Below, in pieces: positions 1-16,417 of a stretch of 64,000 bases of DNA. Made by a program: the position numbers and the translations under genes. The notes below the pieces were generated by a model. It was not told where the DNA came from and did not search any database. It saw nothing but the letters and a program-made list of their open reading frames with translations. Location: the NCBI RefSeq assembly GCF_009914755.1, contig NC_060944.1; one strand, given 5' to 3'. Source of the DNA: the human T2T-CHM13v2.0 reference genome, Homo sapiens. Numbering within the stretch: position 1 is the stretch's first letter; each line of letters begins with the position of its first letter.

Positions 1-324
1 GATTGTTCAATCCAGGGTGGGCTCAGTTAGGTGGTTTTTCTAGTGATCTTGCTGGTGATCACTCTTACGGTTGCATTCAGCTGGCAGGTTGGCTGATGGC
101 GGGGCTCAGCAGAGAAGCTGGGATGGCTGGCCTGACTCTCTTCACATAATTTTAGTCTCTTCCCACCATGTGTTCTCTCCAGCAGGGTAGCCAGACTTCT
201 TACATAGTTGTTCAGGGCTCCCACAAATGAGCATTCCAAGAGGACAAACCCCAGTATGCAGGCATTTACCAAGCCTCTGCTTGCATCACAACTGCGATAT
301 ACCATTGGCCAACATTTGTCACAT

Positions 325-1104
<780 letters not shown>

Positions 1105-1552
1105 ATATGGCAAAGTCCAGAATCAATGTGGGAGGGGACTACATAAGAGTATGAATGCCAGAAGCATGGTTCACTGGAAGCCATCAAATTAACAGTCTAC
1201 TGCAATTATTTTCATGGGGTCTAACTAACGGCTAGAGTAGGGAGAGTGGGCCTTCACCTGCAAGGTGAAACTGGATAGTCCCCAGGTCTCCCTACTCAGA
1301 ATGTTCTCTCCTGATGAACCAGCCCAGATTTGATGTTTACCTTTACTTTGCAGCTTTGGCCCAGCATGACCAGGCTTTCAGAGTTCACATTAGATCACAG
1401 CCCACAGTGCCAATCCAAATGACTGGTATGACTGACCATGGAGAAGGACTCCATGGTGGACAGGGGGACAGAATGTCCTGATTGGCCAGGCCTGGGTCAG
1501 GTGCCATCACCAGGGCCAGGGGGAATGAAGTCAGCCCCTTCTGAACTAATAG

Positions 1553-1790
1553 TAATAATATTAATACTAGATGACATTTGGGGGGTGTTTACTATGTGCC
1601 AGTCACTCTTTTAAACATTTTATCTGAATTAACTCATATAACCCAAAAACTCCATGAGGTAGATACTATTCTCCACATTTCTTATATGAGGCACAGAGAG
1701 GTTAGGAATTTTTCCAGGTTCACATAGCTGGTCAATGGCAGAGCCAATATTCAAACCTAGGCAGTCAGACTTTAGTTTCCATACTCTTTA
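1553..1790 (-). mobile_element. MIR SINE
   Basis: MIR core: tttactatgtgccag...gaggcacagagaggtt...ggcagagcca..attcaaacctaggcagtc. Confidence 0.75.
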
Positions 1791-1839
1791 TGGCCTGGAC
1801 CAAGAATAGGAGTAGAGGCTCACAGAAAAATCAGATGCT

Positions 1840-2143
<304 letters not shown>

Positions 2144-2294
2144 TCAGATGCTGTTAAGAATATTGGGAGATGATACAGCATAGACAAAAATGGTATCTAT
2201 ACCTTGCAACTGCCCACTAATAACCATAAAGACATGATGTGCCATGTAAAGCATGATCTAAGGAAAACCTTCATGTTCTTTATGCAGAAACTTG

Positions 2295-2607
2295 GGCTAG
2301 ATGTGGTGGCTCATGCCTGTAATCCCAGCACTTTGGGAGGCTGAGGTGGGAAGACCTCTTGAGCCCAGGAGTTCAAGACCAGCCTTTGCAACATAAGGAG
2401 ACCCTGTCTTTACAAAAACTTTTTTTAAAAATTAGCTGGGCATGGTGGTACATGCCTATAGTCCCAGCCACTCGGAAGGCTGAGGCAGAAGGACTGCTTA
2501 GCTCAGGAGTTCAATGCTGCAGTGAGCTATGACCGCACCACAGCACTCCAGCTTGGGTGACAGAGAGAGACTCTGTCTCAGAAAACAAACAAAAACAAAC
2601 AAAAAAA
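2295..2607 (+). mobile_element. AluJ
   Basis: Alu dimer with (AAAC)n tail. Confidence 0.92.
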
Positions 2608-4315
2608 TTGGGTAATTGGGTATCTTCCTCTCTACTCCAGATGGGATTCTTTTAGCCTTAGGTTCCCCTTATTGGATCCAAAGTTGAGAAGCTCTTGGGT
2701 CACTTAGTCAAGAATTCCTGAGGTATAGCAAATAAGAACATCTGGGACCACATGTTACCAACATCTGGTCACAAACTCTTAAAATAATATGGAGAAGTAG
2801 ATTTGGAGAAACAGATGAAGAACACGAGGGGGAATGTGCTGGGTGACACCCACAGAAATGCACCTGGGGAATCATGATTGAAGCAAGGATGATTGAAAAG
2901 TCTCTGCAAGTATGTGTGACACTTCTGAGTATTGGGGGTGGGGTGGGGGTGGAAGGCCTCATGTATCTGTTGTTTCCTGGGCACTCAATCCTTTTTGAAC
3001 AAGATGCTCTAGAGATGGTTATTCTCATTAGAACAAATGTTACTGACCCAATGTCTTCCTCGTTTATATTTCTTCTAATGTGCTTCTGCTTGAGCAAGTG
3101 AGCCCTTAATGTCCATTTCAATTAACATCACTGCATCTGATCTCAGTGGTGTCACTCATGGATGCAATGAGGGGCGGAGAAAGGTCACTGGGAAGTGGGG
3201 AGAGGTGTCCCCTCTTGTTTGAAGGCTTGAAGTCACTGGTGAGGGAGGTATTGGGAGGGAAGGTGTGGAATGATTTGCTCCCTACTTAATAAAGACCATA
3301 CTTTAAAGATGTCAGCCTGTCTTTTGTTTGATAAAACACTAATGTGAAGACCTAGTTGCAAGGCAGAAAGCAGGGACAAGGGCTCTGAGGGCTAAGCCAG
3401 TGAGGAACGGGAGACACACAAACTTGCATTGACTTATGAGAGCTTCCTCCATAACCTTGAGCTCCCTAGCCGTCAGTCACAGTGGGTGGGAACTGTATGC
3501 TCCAAATCTGCTATCCAGTATCCTGGGGATTCCCAGGGATGGCTCAAAGCTGGTGGTCTGACACCAACACTTCTGTGTGTGGCCTGATCTCAGCATGGAA
3601 ATGGGATGGACCAGAGTTTGGGGTGGGTGTAGCAGAGCAAGCCTCAGGGAGAGGTAGACAGTCACAACCTGCCAACCCTTCCTTGCTCTTGTTTTCCATC
3701 CTTCCTTCCCTTCCTTCCTTCCTAACAAGGGAATTTGTTCCCTTTGTGCCCTTCCAGAGGGAATTTGTTCAGGAAAGAGAAAATATGGATTTATGTTCTC
3801 CAAGACACAATCCTCAGGGATGATTCTCTCTCCTTTGAGAAGTCAGAGCATTTGTTTTTTCATCATCTTTGTCATCAATAACAATCATTAGAAGAGCTTA
3901 CTATTTCTTGAGCACCTTCTGTGTATCAGGGGACATTACATATATTATTTCTAGCCTTCACAGCAACCCTCAAGGTAAATGTAATTTATGCCCACTTTAC
4001 AGAGGAGGAAATTGGGGCTTAGAGTGCTTGAGGAGCTTGTCCAGTAAGTGGATTGAACTGGGCCCGGTTCATTCGATTTCTGGCTCCAATGTCATCAATT
4101 ACTTGCAATATATACTTGCAAGGGCCTGGCTCCTGGCTAAGACCTGCTAATGGATGCATCTGAAATAAGAAATGTCTTCTATTCAAGTTCCAGACGTCCA
4201 CATCAACAAGCATCAAACACAGAGTTTAACCTGCATCGTACTGGCAGTCAAGATGCAAGGGCTGTAGTCCTGGTTCTGCAACTCTTTTGATGGGCAGCTT
4301 TCAGTGTATATGTGT

Positions 4316-4350
4316 GAACTCCCCTCTCCAGTAGAACTCCCCTCTCCAGT
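4316..4350. repeat. 18-bp-period tandem duplication (gaactcccctctccagt x2)
   Basis: Two exact 17-mers separated by 1 nt, within a MIR-like fragment. Confidence 0.9.
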
Positions 4351-5152
4351 TGTCATTTCTCCATCTGTAAAATGGGCAAGTTTGACTAAATATCTCCAAG
4401 AGTCAGCTCAGTTCAATCCAATCTGACAGCACCCATGGGGCTTTCCTGTGTGACTGTGCCAGAAGGAAATAAAGATGGACAAGGCAGACCTCCATTCTCT
4501 AGGTGAGCTAAATGTGTGCTCTAATAGTTATACATAAAGAGCAACAAAGCTTGGAGAGCACGGCATCTCATTTAGACTTGGCCAGTGGCAATGTGTGTGG
4601 CACAGGAGATGAGGCAGGCTTCAGGGTGGAGGCGCCATTGGCAGTTGGGCTTGAAAAGGAAATAGAACATGTGGAGGTGGAGACAGGAGGAAGCTTTTCC
4701 CAGCCAACACCACATGGAGCAGAAGAACCACCTGGTCATTCTATAAAATTGTGAGAAGTAACAAATCATTGTTGTTTTAAGTCACTACATTTTCGGGATG
4801 ATTTCTTACGTAGTAATAGATGACAGACCCCAAAGGTGGGTGTGTGATTATAGGCTTTATCCTATAAAGGTCAGAGATTGCTCATTTTTAGACCACAGCC
4901 TACAGTAATTGGCCTGCAGACATAATTCATTTGGCTTGCACAGGGTTTTTAAAAATAGTTGAGCCAACATTTAGAAATTGGGAGATTTTATATGAAAATC
5001 CAGATTTGGGGGCTCTCTTGAAGAATCCTACATCTCAGCACCTGCATTCTAGGAACAGTATGCAACACACATCCTCCAGTTCATGACAGTGCTCTCCACT
5101 CCCTATTGTCTCATGCCTAACCTTCTTTCTAGCCCCTGTAGACACCTGAGGG

Positions 5153-5465
<313 letters not shown>

Positions 5466-5489
5466 TGAGTTTTTGATCCATGCTGATGA

Positions 5490-5820
<331 letters not shown>

Positions 5821-5899
5821 CATTGAAGGGTTTTGAGCAGAGAAGGAATGATGAGAGTTGGGCAGTAAGTAATGTATTGGTTGGGGGTAACTCTGGGGC

Positions 5900-6480
5900 A
5901 GGTGTAGTGAAAATCTATTATTCAATCTGCCCCAGAGCATGAACTCCATCTTTTGGGAAATGCATCTTTCTCTGACCATATGGTTCCGATGGGGCTGCCA
6001 TCTCCCTGTACGTCCCACTTCCTTATTCACAGTATTGGTTAGAGAATGGCACCTGGCTTAAGTTGGGCCAGTCACAGCACCTGGTTTTCCACCCATAGAT
6101 GATTGGTCTAGGGACGGGGACTTACCTATGTTGGACCAATCAAAGTTTTTCCCTAAAATTTTGTCCTTCAGACCAGAAGCAGAAATCCTCAGTCTCTCTC
6201 CGGTGGAACGGGTGAGAGTTGTGAGTGGTGAGCGCTGCTGCAGCCAGGTGCCTAGCCTTGAGGAGAAAAGCTCGCATACAGAGAGAAGAGATAAAGGACT
6301 GGGAGGAGAGTCCTGGCAACATTCAAGCCTCTGCGCTCACCACTTCAGTGCATTTTCTGAGCCTGGTTCTCCAGCCTTCCCATCAGTTCTGGGAGCTCCC
6401 CATTCCTTCCTGATAAATTCCTTTGCTGCATCTGTTAGTCTGAGTGTATTTATGTTTCGTAATTTGCAACCGAGAACACT
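5900..6480. mobile_element. Old ERVL-type LTR fragment (LTR16-like)
   Basis: Motifs such as gattggtctagggacgggg...ggaccaatcaaag resemble ERVL LTRs; heavily diverged. Confidence 0.4.
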
Positions 6481-8100
6481 GGTGATAACGGGGGGCTTTG
6501 AGGCAATTCCAGGAGGGCTACTTCTCACCCCCGTCAGGGAGGAGCCAAGACAGGGTTTATCCTCAAATGCAGATCCCCTGAGGTCAGGAGTTAGAGCCCA
6601 GCTTGGCCAACATGATGAAACCCCGTATCCACTGAAAATACAAAAATTAGCCGGGCATGGTGGTACACGCCTGTAATCCCAGCTACTTGGGAGGCTGAGG
6701 TACAAGAATCGCTTTGAACCCAGGAGGCAGAGGTTGCAGAGAGCCGAGATCGTGCCACTGCACTCCAGCCTAGGCGACAGAGCTAGACTCCGCCTCAAAA
6801 AACACACAAACAATGAACAGACAAATAAATGACAGAACAAGAAGACAAACTAGAGAACATCTTGAGACAAGGTGTTCAGGGAAGAGTTCTTTTGAGAAGG
6901 TGATATTAAAGCGAGTTTGGGGAAGAACGTCCCAGGCCTTGCGCTCAGGGTCGTCAACTCTTTGATTTCTCTTCCTTTTGAAGCAGGGCAGGGAGGTCAT
7001 CAAACAACAGAAGGACAATTATAACTGCTGGTATGGCAAAGCCAGGACTCTGAATTCAAACTCTGCTCCATTCTCAGGAATCCCGTCTGTTAAGCAGGTT
7101 CTGGGGAAGCGATGTGAGTCATGAAATCACAGGTCGGAGGAGGCATCGAGAATATGGTCAGTTCTCAACTTTCAGGGAAATCCATAGCTGAGGAATGAAG
7201 GACAACGGGCTTCTCGTGCTCTCACTAGGAAGACTGGTTCACCGGAGGCTGGAACACTGAAAGTGAGAAATCCCGACAGGAGAAATGTGTAGGAGAGAGG
7301 ACTAGCACCTGGATCAAGTTATAAAACATCTCCTGCATCTTTTTCGGAGATCACCCTTAGCGCGGCCTCTCCGCCCAGTCCCAGATTAGGCAGCGAAGAG
7401 CGACCCTCACCTTGTCTAGGTGGCACGTTCCTTAAAAGCGAAAGGACCAGGAGTTTCTTCCTGCCTCGTCTCTTCCGGATCCCTCCTGCACCGCCCACAG
7501 CCTGCAGATTTGAGCGCCATCTCCAGGCCCCGCCCACCTCAAGCACCACCCCTCAGTCCTTCCTTGGGGCACGCCTCCTTCCGGCACCCGCCCAGAGTAG
7601 CCACCCCCGGGGCCCCTCCTCCCCTCCCTGCTTCCGGGCCCGCCTCCTTCAGGCCCGCTTCCATCTTCCTCCCACTCTAAGCTTCTCTTCAGCCCCGCCT
7701 CCCTCCACCCGTGGCTCCGCCCTCTGGGCGATTCTCCATTTAGCCCCGCCCACAGCATCTCCTTTCAAGCGCTGTCCTGGTTCCCGGCTCTCCATCTCCT
7801 GCACGGCCTTCCCCACTGGTCCGGCGACCCTCTTCCCAGGGCCTCATCACCATCTTAGCTCCGCCCCTACTTCGGCTCCAAACCTGTGCAAGCTGCCCTC
7901 TTCCCGCCCCAGCCCCGCCTCCCCAAGCCGCGTCTCAGTCCCTCCTCCCTTTCAGGCCCCACCCTGGCCCCGCCTTCCTCCCGTCCCCGCCGAAGCTCTG
8001 GACCTTTCCAAAGCCAGGCTGAGAGGGTGGGGAGAGCCCATGCGCCTGGGAAGCCGGGCTGTTTCTGGGCGGGGCTGCAGACTCCTCGTGCTCGTGTCAC
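6126..8100 (-). ncRNA. RALY-AS1: Divergent antisense lncRNA from the CpG island (boundaries uncertain)
   Basis: RALY is known to have a head-to-head antisense lncRNA. Minus-strand signals here: donor AAG|GTGAGG (exon ends at 7411), acceptor tttctcactttcag| (exon resumes at 7256) and donor TAG|GTAAGT at 6126/6125. Confidence 0.5.
6572..6812 (+). mobile_element. 5'-truncated AluS
   Basis: Starts at gatcccctgaggtcagg and runs to an A-rich tail. Confidence 0.9.
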
Positions 8101-8249
8101 CGTGTCCTTCCCAGGAGACAGAGAAGGAGGAGAGCCCGGAACCAGGGCCGGAGCGGCGGGCGGAGCCGAGCTGCGGGGAGCCGCTCCGGGTGCCCCCACC
8201 CCCGCGCGCCTCAGTGGTGCCGGCCGAGGGCAGGGCTCGCGGTTGCGGG

Positions 8250-8482
8250 GCTCGCGCCGCTGTCAGTGCGGCGGGGCGCGCGAGCGGCGCCAGCTCGGGG
8301 CAGCGGAACCCAGAGAAGCTGAGGGGGCGGTAGCGGCGGCGACGGCGACGACGACGACTCCCGCGCGTGTGCCCAGCCTCTTCCCGCCGCAGCCGCCCTT
8401 TTCCTCCCTCCCTTACGTCCCCGAGTGCGGCAGTACCGCCTCCTTCCCAGCCGCGCGGCTTCCTCCAGACCTCTCGGCGCGG
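8250..8482 (+). other. RALY: RALY exon 1 (non-coding 5'UTR; start approximate)
   Basis: Matches my recollection of the RALY mRNA leader (...ttcctccagacctctcggcgcgg); consensus donor CGG|GTGAGT at 8482/8483; no ATG. Confidence 0.85.
8333..8358 (+). repeat. Mixed GGC/GAC trinucleotide repeat in the 5'UTR
   Basis: gcggcggcgacggcgacgacgacgac. Confidence 0.85.
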
Positions 8483-10599
8483 GTGAGTGGGGACTGCGGG
8501 CGTCTCCTTAGGGGTGCGGGGAGGGTGTGTGCTTTGTGCCTTTCCGTTCACTCACTTCTTCCGGCAGGCCGCTGCCTATTTTTAGAAACTTATTTCTGCC
8601 CTTCGGGGAGTCCCGGGAGCCCGAGTAACTCTAGGCCCCCTCCGCCGCTCCTTTCTCCCACTCGGACCCGCCGCCCCGGGTCCCCGGCCCCAGCCCTCCG
8701 CGCCCGGTCCTGCTCCCGGCGTTCCCTGTCTGCTCTCTCCGCGGGCCAAGTCTGGGCCAGTAGTTGGCTGGGTGGGCCCGCGCCCGCTCGGAAGTTGGAG
8801 TCTTTTGTGCTCGTGCCCCGCCCCGCCCGGCGAGGGGCGGAGGGAGGGGAACGGAGGCTGCTCCGGGGAGGCCGCAGGCGGGCCCGGCCGCGGCTGCTTC
8901 CGGCTCTCCTAACCCGGACTGGGTCTACGGGCTCCCGGAGGCGCGCAGAGCTTGTCCTGCCTCGGCTCCCGCCTCTTCTGGGCTCTTTGCACGCCTTGGG
9001 CTCGGAGAGAAACAACAACGGGCCCTCGAACTGGGGCCGTATCCGCGTTTCACTCAGCCTCCTTGGCGGCCGAGTCTTAGTTTGCCTCTCGGTGACATGG
9101 GGGGAAAGAAGGAAACTCGCTTTGCGGGGTGTTCGTGGATTCAGGGAGGGAACTAATATGTGAAAGAAGTGTTTAACACCGACAGGGAACATTTAATGAG
9201 ACTTCACCCAGGAACTTCCCAAGCCTTATTTCATTTAATGTTCACAACGGCCTTCTGGTTTATCCTCATTTACAAAAGCAGAAATTAAGGCGCAGAGGGG
9301 TCAAGTAATTTTCTCCAAGTCACAGTAGCCACAGAAGTGCAAAGGAGTGGTGCCAGTACCTATTATTTATTAATATTTCCTGGTGTGAGCATGTATCATC
9401 TCTTAGTGCAGAGGGCATTTTTACCTAGCCTTGGGTCACACCATTTAATTAGGGGCATAACTCTGGGTTTTCCCTGACTTCTGGGCCGTTGTCCACTATA
9501 CTGTGGATGAAATCCCATTCTGGGGTTACCATAGTTCTAAAGGGAAAGGTTTGGATGAATTCCTTGCTAGTGTTGCGGCAGTTAGAAGTTGATGGATGCA
9601 GACTCCAGGTCTCAGACACAACTCAAATTCCCTGGGGTTTTGGCTCAAGGAAGCTTTGAGACTGTAAACGGTGGGATCCACCCTTTAGTTTGTGTGTGGT
9701 GTGTTCCTCCTCCCAGACCTTGCAGGTTCTCTGTGTTTAGATTTATCGATCCTAGTTTGATGGGGGTTAGGGGGAGTAGCTCAAGTCATCTGCCTTCAAA
9801 CAAATATTACTCCTATTTTCAGATAAGGCCCAGAGTGGTTAAAGTGAACTAAAATTAACTTTGGCAAATGTTCCAGTTTTTCAATGTGATCCGGTTGGAG
9901 GGAGTGTCTAAAAATCAGGCAAGGGAGTTTCTGGGCCAGGTCTTGAGGAGTCTCTTGATGTTCACATTAGTTCTTTGGAGTCTGGTACGTCTGTGGTGCC
10001 TGGCCAGGATTCTGGATTTACGAGTCCTATGTGGGAGCTGAAAGGGGTCTTACCATCTGGTCCAACTTTTTCATATCTGCCTTTCCCCGCTTCCCTGTTA
10101 ACTGAACCTTGGAAAGGGGAAGTAAGTTGTCTGAATTCAGACTGCCTTAGTGTCAGAGTGAGAACTAAAATTTCCAGTCTTCTTCCTCCTAATCCAGTAA
10201 TATTTTTATTTCTCCCATACCTTGCCACTTCTTAAAAGGGCACGAAACCACTTATTCAGGTCTTAAGGTCAGGAATCCTGAGTAATTGGAAATCCCAAGG
10301 AAGTTTTATAGTCCCCACCCCTTTCTGTGCCTTATGGTTAGTATTAAGAGGAGGCCAGGTTTAAGCACAGGTGTACTAGTTCTCGTAAGTCACCACTTCG
10401 GTTTTATGTGTTTATGGCTTATATACTCTTCCATAACCATTATCTGATTTAATTTCTAATCCATTTCTGTGAGGTAGTTTGCAGAGCTTGGTTTATGTCT
10501 CTTTTTTTACTGTGAGGGAATGGAGACACAGCATAGCACTTGCCTTAGATGACAGAATGAGTAAGTAGTGAGGACAAGACACCTCTCTGGAGCAGAGGA

Positions 10600-10960
10600 T
10601 TTGATTTGACATCATAAACTGAGCCACTCATTGTGGCTCTCTGAGCCTCAGTTTCCTTATCTGTAAACTCATAGGGTTGTTGTGGGGATTGTTAAGAAAA
10701 TGGCTATGAAAGTGCTTTATAGTGGTAGTAATAATAGCTAAATTTATTAAGTACTTAACGTGTACCACCAGTCAATGGACTGAGGACTTTATGGACTATA
10801 TTACTAATTCTTAGAGCAACCTATGAATTAAGTACTATTATTATCCCTGTTTTATAGAAGAAACAGGCTTAGAGAGGTTACATTACCTGCCTCAGGGTCA
10901 TGTAACTGGTAAGTGGCCATGGCAGTATTCAGACTGCAGACAGTATAACCTTAAAGCTGG
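10600..10960. mobile_element. MIR fragments in both orientations
   Basis: ctctgagcctcagtttccttatctgtaaa and gaaacaggcttagagaggtta cores. Confidence 0.65.
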
Positions 10961-10965
10961 CATGC

Positions 10966-11240
10966 TTTTTTTAAAAAAAAAATTGTGGTAAAATATATAT
11001 AACATAAAATTTACCATTTAACCGTTTCAAAGTGTACATTTATGTGACATTAAATACATTCGCATGGTTATGCAACCATCATCACTGTCCATTATCTTCC
11101 CCAACTGAAATTCTGTACCCATTAAACTAACTCCCCCTTCCCTCCTCCCTCCAGCCCCTGAAAACTATCGTTCTACTTTCTGTGAATTTGACTACTCTAG
11201 GAACCTCATGTAAGTGGAATCATGCAATATTTGTCCTTTT
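10966..11240 (-). mobile_element. L1M (L1MB-like) 3' end fragment
   Basis: ttgtggtaaaatatatataacataaaatttaccatt...gtggaatcatgcaatatttgtcctttt. Confidence 0.8.
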
Positions 11241-11475
11241 GTGCCTGCAAAGCTGGCACACTTAGTGTCTTCTTTAGTCTCAGAGTGCATTGTAAATGCA
11301 AAATTATTAGTCCTCACCTGCAGCAGAGATGTGGCATGCAGCTCCAGGGCAGGAACCCAGGCCTCTCTGAGTAAGACCTACTTTTCTCCCCCTTAGGTTG
11401 ATGTTCTGTATCACTGAAGCCTGTTTTGAATCTCTGCTGGCCCCCCAGTATCTGCAGAAGAGACCTTATACCCTG

Positions 11476-11765
11476 TTTTTTTTGGAGACGGAGTCTCACT
11501 CCGTCGCCCAGGCTGGATTGCGGTGGCACGATCTTGGCTCCCTGCAACGTCAACCTCCTGGGTTCAAGGGATCTCTTGCCTCAGCCTCCCGAGTAGCTGG
11601 GACTACAGGCATGCACCATCACGCCTGGGTAATTTTTGTATTTTTAGTACAGATAGGGTTTCACCACGTTGGCCAGGCTGGCTTCGAACTCCTGAACCTC
11701 AGGTGATCCTCCTGTCTTGGCCTTCCAAAGTGCTGGGATTACAGGCATGAGCCACCACGCCAGGC
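11476..11765 (-). mobile_element. AluS
   Basis: Reverse Alu dimer; TSD ttataccct/ttacaccct. Confidence 0.93.
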
Positions 11766-12454
11766 TATTACACCCTTAAAATAGAACCGAGATAACTCCC
11801 CACCCTCACCTTGTTTGCACCTGCCCTTCTGACAGTCCAGGGTTTGGGGATATTGGGCTGCAGTTATCAGGAATAACAGTGCAGTGACAGCAGCTTGGAT
11901 CAAAACTACTCAGAATGATTAAGTAGATCACCTTTATGAAATGTTCCCTCTTTCTTCCCCCTTTTTCCATAGAGGCACACAGGAGGGATTAGCTTTTGGG
12001 TTCTTGGAGGATGTTTATGGATACTCACTGCTTGCAGTTGGTTAAGATGGAGTTAGATGCTGCATATAGCCTTTCAAAATGCCCTTTGACCGTTTTCTGT
12101 GTTGGTCCATTTAGGGGAGTGGGCTCTTCATGTTTATGAAGATGGTTGGAATATTGTCCTGATAACAACTGGGGGTTGGGAGAGGCAGTGTCTCAGAGAT
12201 GGTTAATAGGGTAACAAACACATGATCATGTGTCTGGTCATGTCACACTCTCCTTAAAAATCTGATGGCCCCAACATTGCCTGCATATTAAAGTTCAAAC
12301 AAATATGACCCATGAGGTCAGTGTGTTGAATTTATTGAATAGAATCTTGTAGTTGAGGGACCTTACAGTCATTTAGACCAGCCACCTGGCTGACATTTGA
12401 GTTGGTTACTTGTTGAGATTGTCTTTCTTTGGATACCTCATTTTTGGAAAGTTT

Positions 12455-13640
<1,186 letters not shown>

Positions 13641-16093
13641 CACGTAAGGGAGGGGGTAGGGTTTCTTATGCAGGGTCTCCTTACATATGCTTTCACTTAC
13701 CTCTGGTTATGGATTCTAGTTCTTTGTGTCAGGTCTGAAAGGGAGAGAGTGAGAGTATGGCACAACTGGTCATGTTCCTGGCTAAACTGGATGATGCAAA
13801 CATTAGTTTAGGAAGAGAGGAGATATTCAATCCTAGACATCCGGGTGTGGCACAGCCTGGAAACTGCTTACGTTAAGCCAAGAAAAGTTTACATTTTATC
13901 CAGGCTACATCCTTTGGCACTGGTCTTTTCGTGTACTAGTGTATTCCTAAGTCCCTCTCTAAGCCGAAGCCACTTCTCTGCTTACTCTCTGCTAGGCACT
14001 GGGAAAACAAAGATAAGTAAAACGTATCCTAAGGAGCTCATGATCCAGAAGGGCAGAAGTCTCAGTAGCTTGGATACAGCGGTGGCCTGGGGAGAGGGTG
14101 GATGGGGCAGGGCAGGGTAGGACAGGATGGAGAGGGACCCGGAAGGGTTTCTATTAGGGATAGGAGTCAGGAGACCCCACTGTGTGCTCCAGTCTTTTTC
14201 TCGGGTGGCACGTGTCTAGGTTTATTCATCTGAATAATGACTAGATGACCCATAAGGTCCCTTCTAGCAATTACATTTTATGATTCTAGGTGGTGGTTTA
14301 GATAATATATCTCTAGGAGAGGTATTTCTTTCTTCTTCTCCCCCTTCTTAGTTTGGCATTGGTGAGGGGATATAGTAGGGGTGGAGATAGCAAGGTTTTC
14401 ACTTGAGTGTCTTGGTCTTATTCAATTTTGGCTTCATGTCTATATAGCTGGAAGGGAGAAAATGACAGCCGTAATGTTAACCTGCTTGTCCTACAACTTC
14501 CCCCTGGGTACTGTAAGGAAATTGTGCTCAGGGTGCAGCTCACAGACCCTTAGGAATAGAGACAGAGTGCAGTGGAATAAATAGGAAGTCTTGTCACTAG
14601 CCTGAGCATCGTTTGGTCAGTGTGTGGGCTGGACTAAGGCCCTTTCTTTTTATAGCCCTGTTTCCTCATAAAATCATCTGGGGGGGTCCCTGAAATTCTA
14701 TAAAGGCCCAAAGAGTGGGGGTGGGGAGGTAGGGACAGAAAAAGGGTTGGAGGTCCCTGTCTCTCTCACTTCTCCCCTCTCTTCGAACGAATAAGTAGAA
14801 GCAGGTATCTGGCCAAGTATTAATGTTGGTCATCTTTTGTTTCCACAGCCTTGCCTTATTTCCTCAGTGTTAGTGTCTTCTGTCATTTCATAATGGCTTT
14901 CATGGTAATCAATGTCCTGTACCTCCTGGGAGGAAGGAAGGAAAGATGGGATATTGTCCCTGGGCTCTAGTCTCCATCTCCAGAAGAGCCATTTAAGACA
15001 TCCACTGCCCCCTGTTCTCTATTCTGGGGTTGGGGTAGGGGGTTGTGGCTGAATACTTGGGTTTCTTAGAGGGTACATACTTGAGTTTCCTAGGGAGTGC
15101 TCTACTAACTAAAGTGCAAATCTGGCTATCTTCCCAACACACCAATGAGTTTGACTGGGGAAAATAGCAGTCAGTGGGCTTTTGTTGCTTGCCAAACCCA
15201 TGTTAATTGTAATTATCTAATATTCTGTGGGATCTCTGTCTTCCTGTCTGTGAAACAAGGGAATTGGACTAGATAATCTTGAGTGATATTTCTACCTTTT
15301 TACAGTTTTGTGGAAGTAGCTTGAGAATTTATCTCTGGAAGGAGAAAGGGCTTTGCTAAAGTATTGAGAGTATCTCAGAGGGTTAAATTCTGGGTTCACA
15401 AAAGATACCTTTCAGTATATAAACAGATGGATATTGCTTTTTAGAGTGGACAGATTGCTGAAAAATTGCTTGTGAGATGAATTTATCAAATTGTATGCTG
15501 AGTTCCATTATAAACTTGGAGCTGTAGCCTCATGGGACAAACTTGGAGTCCAAGACTATAAAAAAATTACATTAAAATATGTAGCAAACTGTTTAAAATC
15601 ACATAATAAAGGAAAAATAAAAAACATTTTAAGATTTTCACACAATGGTAATAATGGAAAAACACTAGACCAGAAACTTGCATTTCCTAAGAGCTTTAGC
15701 TTATGGAGTAGATGCCTCTACTGAGGTTACCTGGCCCTTGAAGTGCCATCTGTAGAGACTGAATAGCTCTGTTATTTGTCAAGGTAAGACTCATTGCTTT
15801 ATTCCAAGTAAATATTCTCTTTTAGAATGCCAGGTTTGGAAGCTTAATGTTATTGGCCAGATTTTCTTCATTCCAGAGGCATTTATCTGGTATTTAGCTG
15901 TCTCCTGTTTATTTTATTAAGGATTTTAATAAGCTTAGTTAACGGTACTGCTTACATGGTGTCTCTTGATCTATTTGTCTAGTTTCCTTTGAAATTCTTT
16001 GTGTTAGTGAAAGCAAGCCCAGCAGTAGATTTAAAAGGGTCATTTCCATAACTTCATTTATCTAGATTTGGGTTTTTTTGGTAAGAGATATGA

Positions 16094-16417
<324 letters not shown>

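Larger units (their letters stand above)
7350..9150. promoter_or_regulatory. RALY: CpG island / bidirectional promoter of RALY
   Basis: Very high GC and CpG density; many GC boxes (ccccgccc, gctccgcccc) in 7520-7990; no obvious TATA box; surrounds the first exon. Confidence 0.93.

Noticed and set aside
7886-9163. 425-aa ORF and overlapping long ORFs across the CpG island
   Set aside because: Stop-codon scarcity in GC-rich DNA; low-complexity Pro/Arg/Gly/Ala content; runs through the exon 1 donor; no resemblance to the RALY RRM protein.
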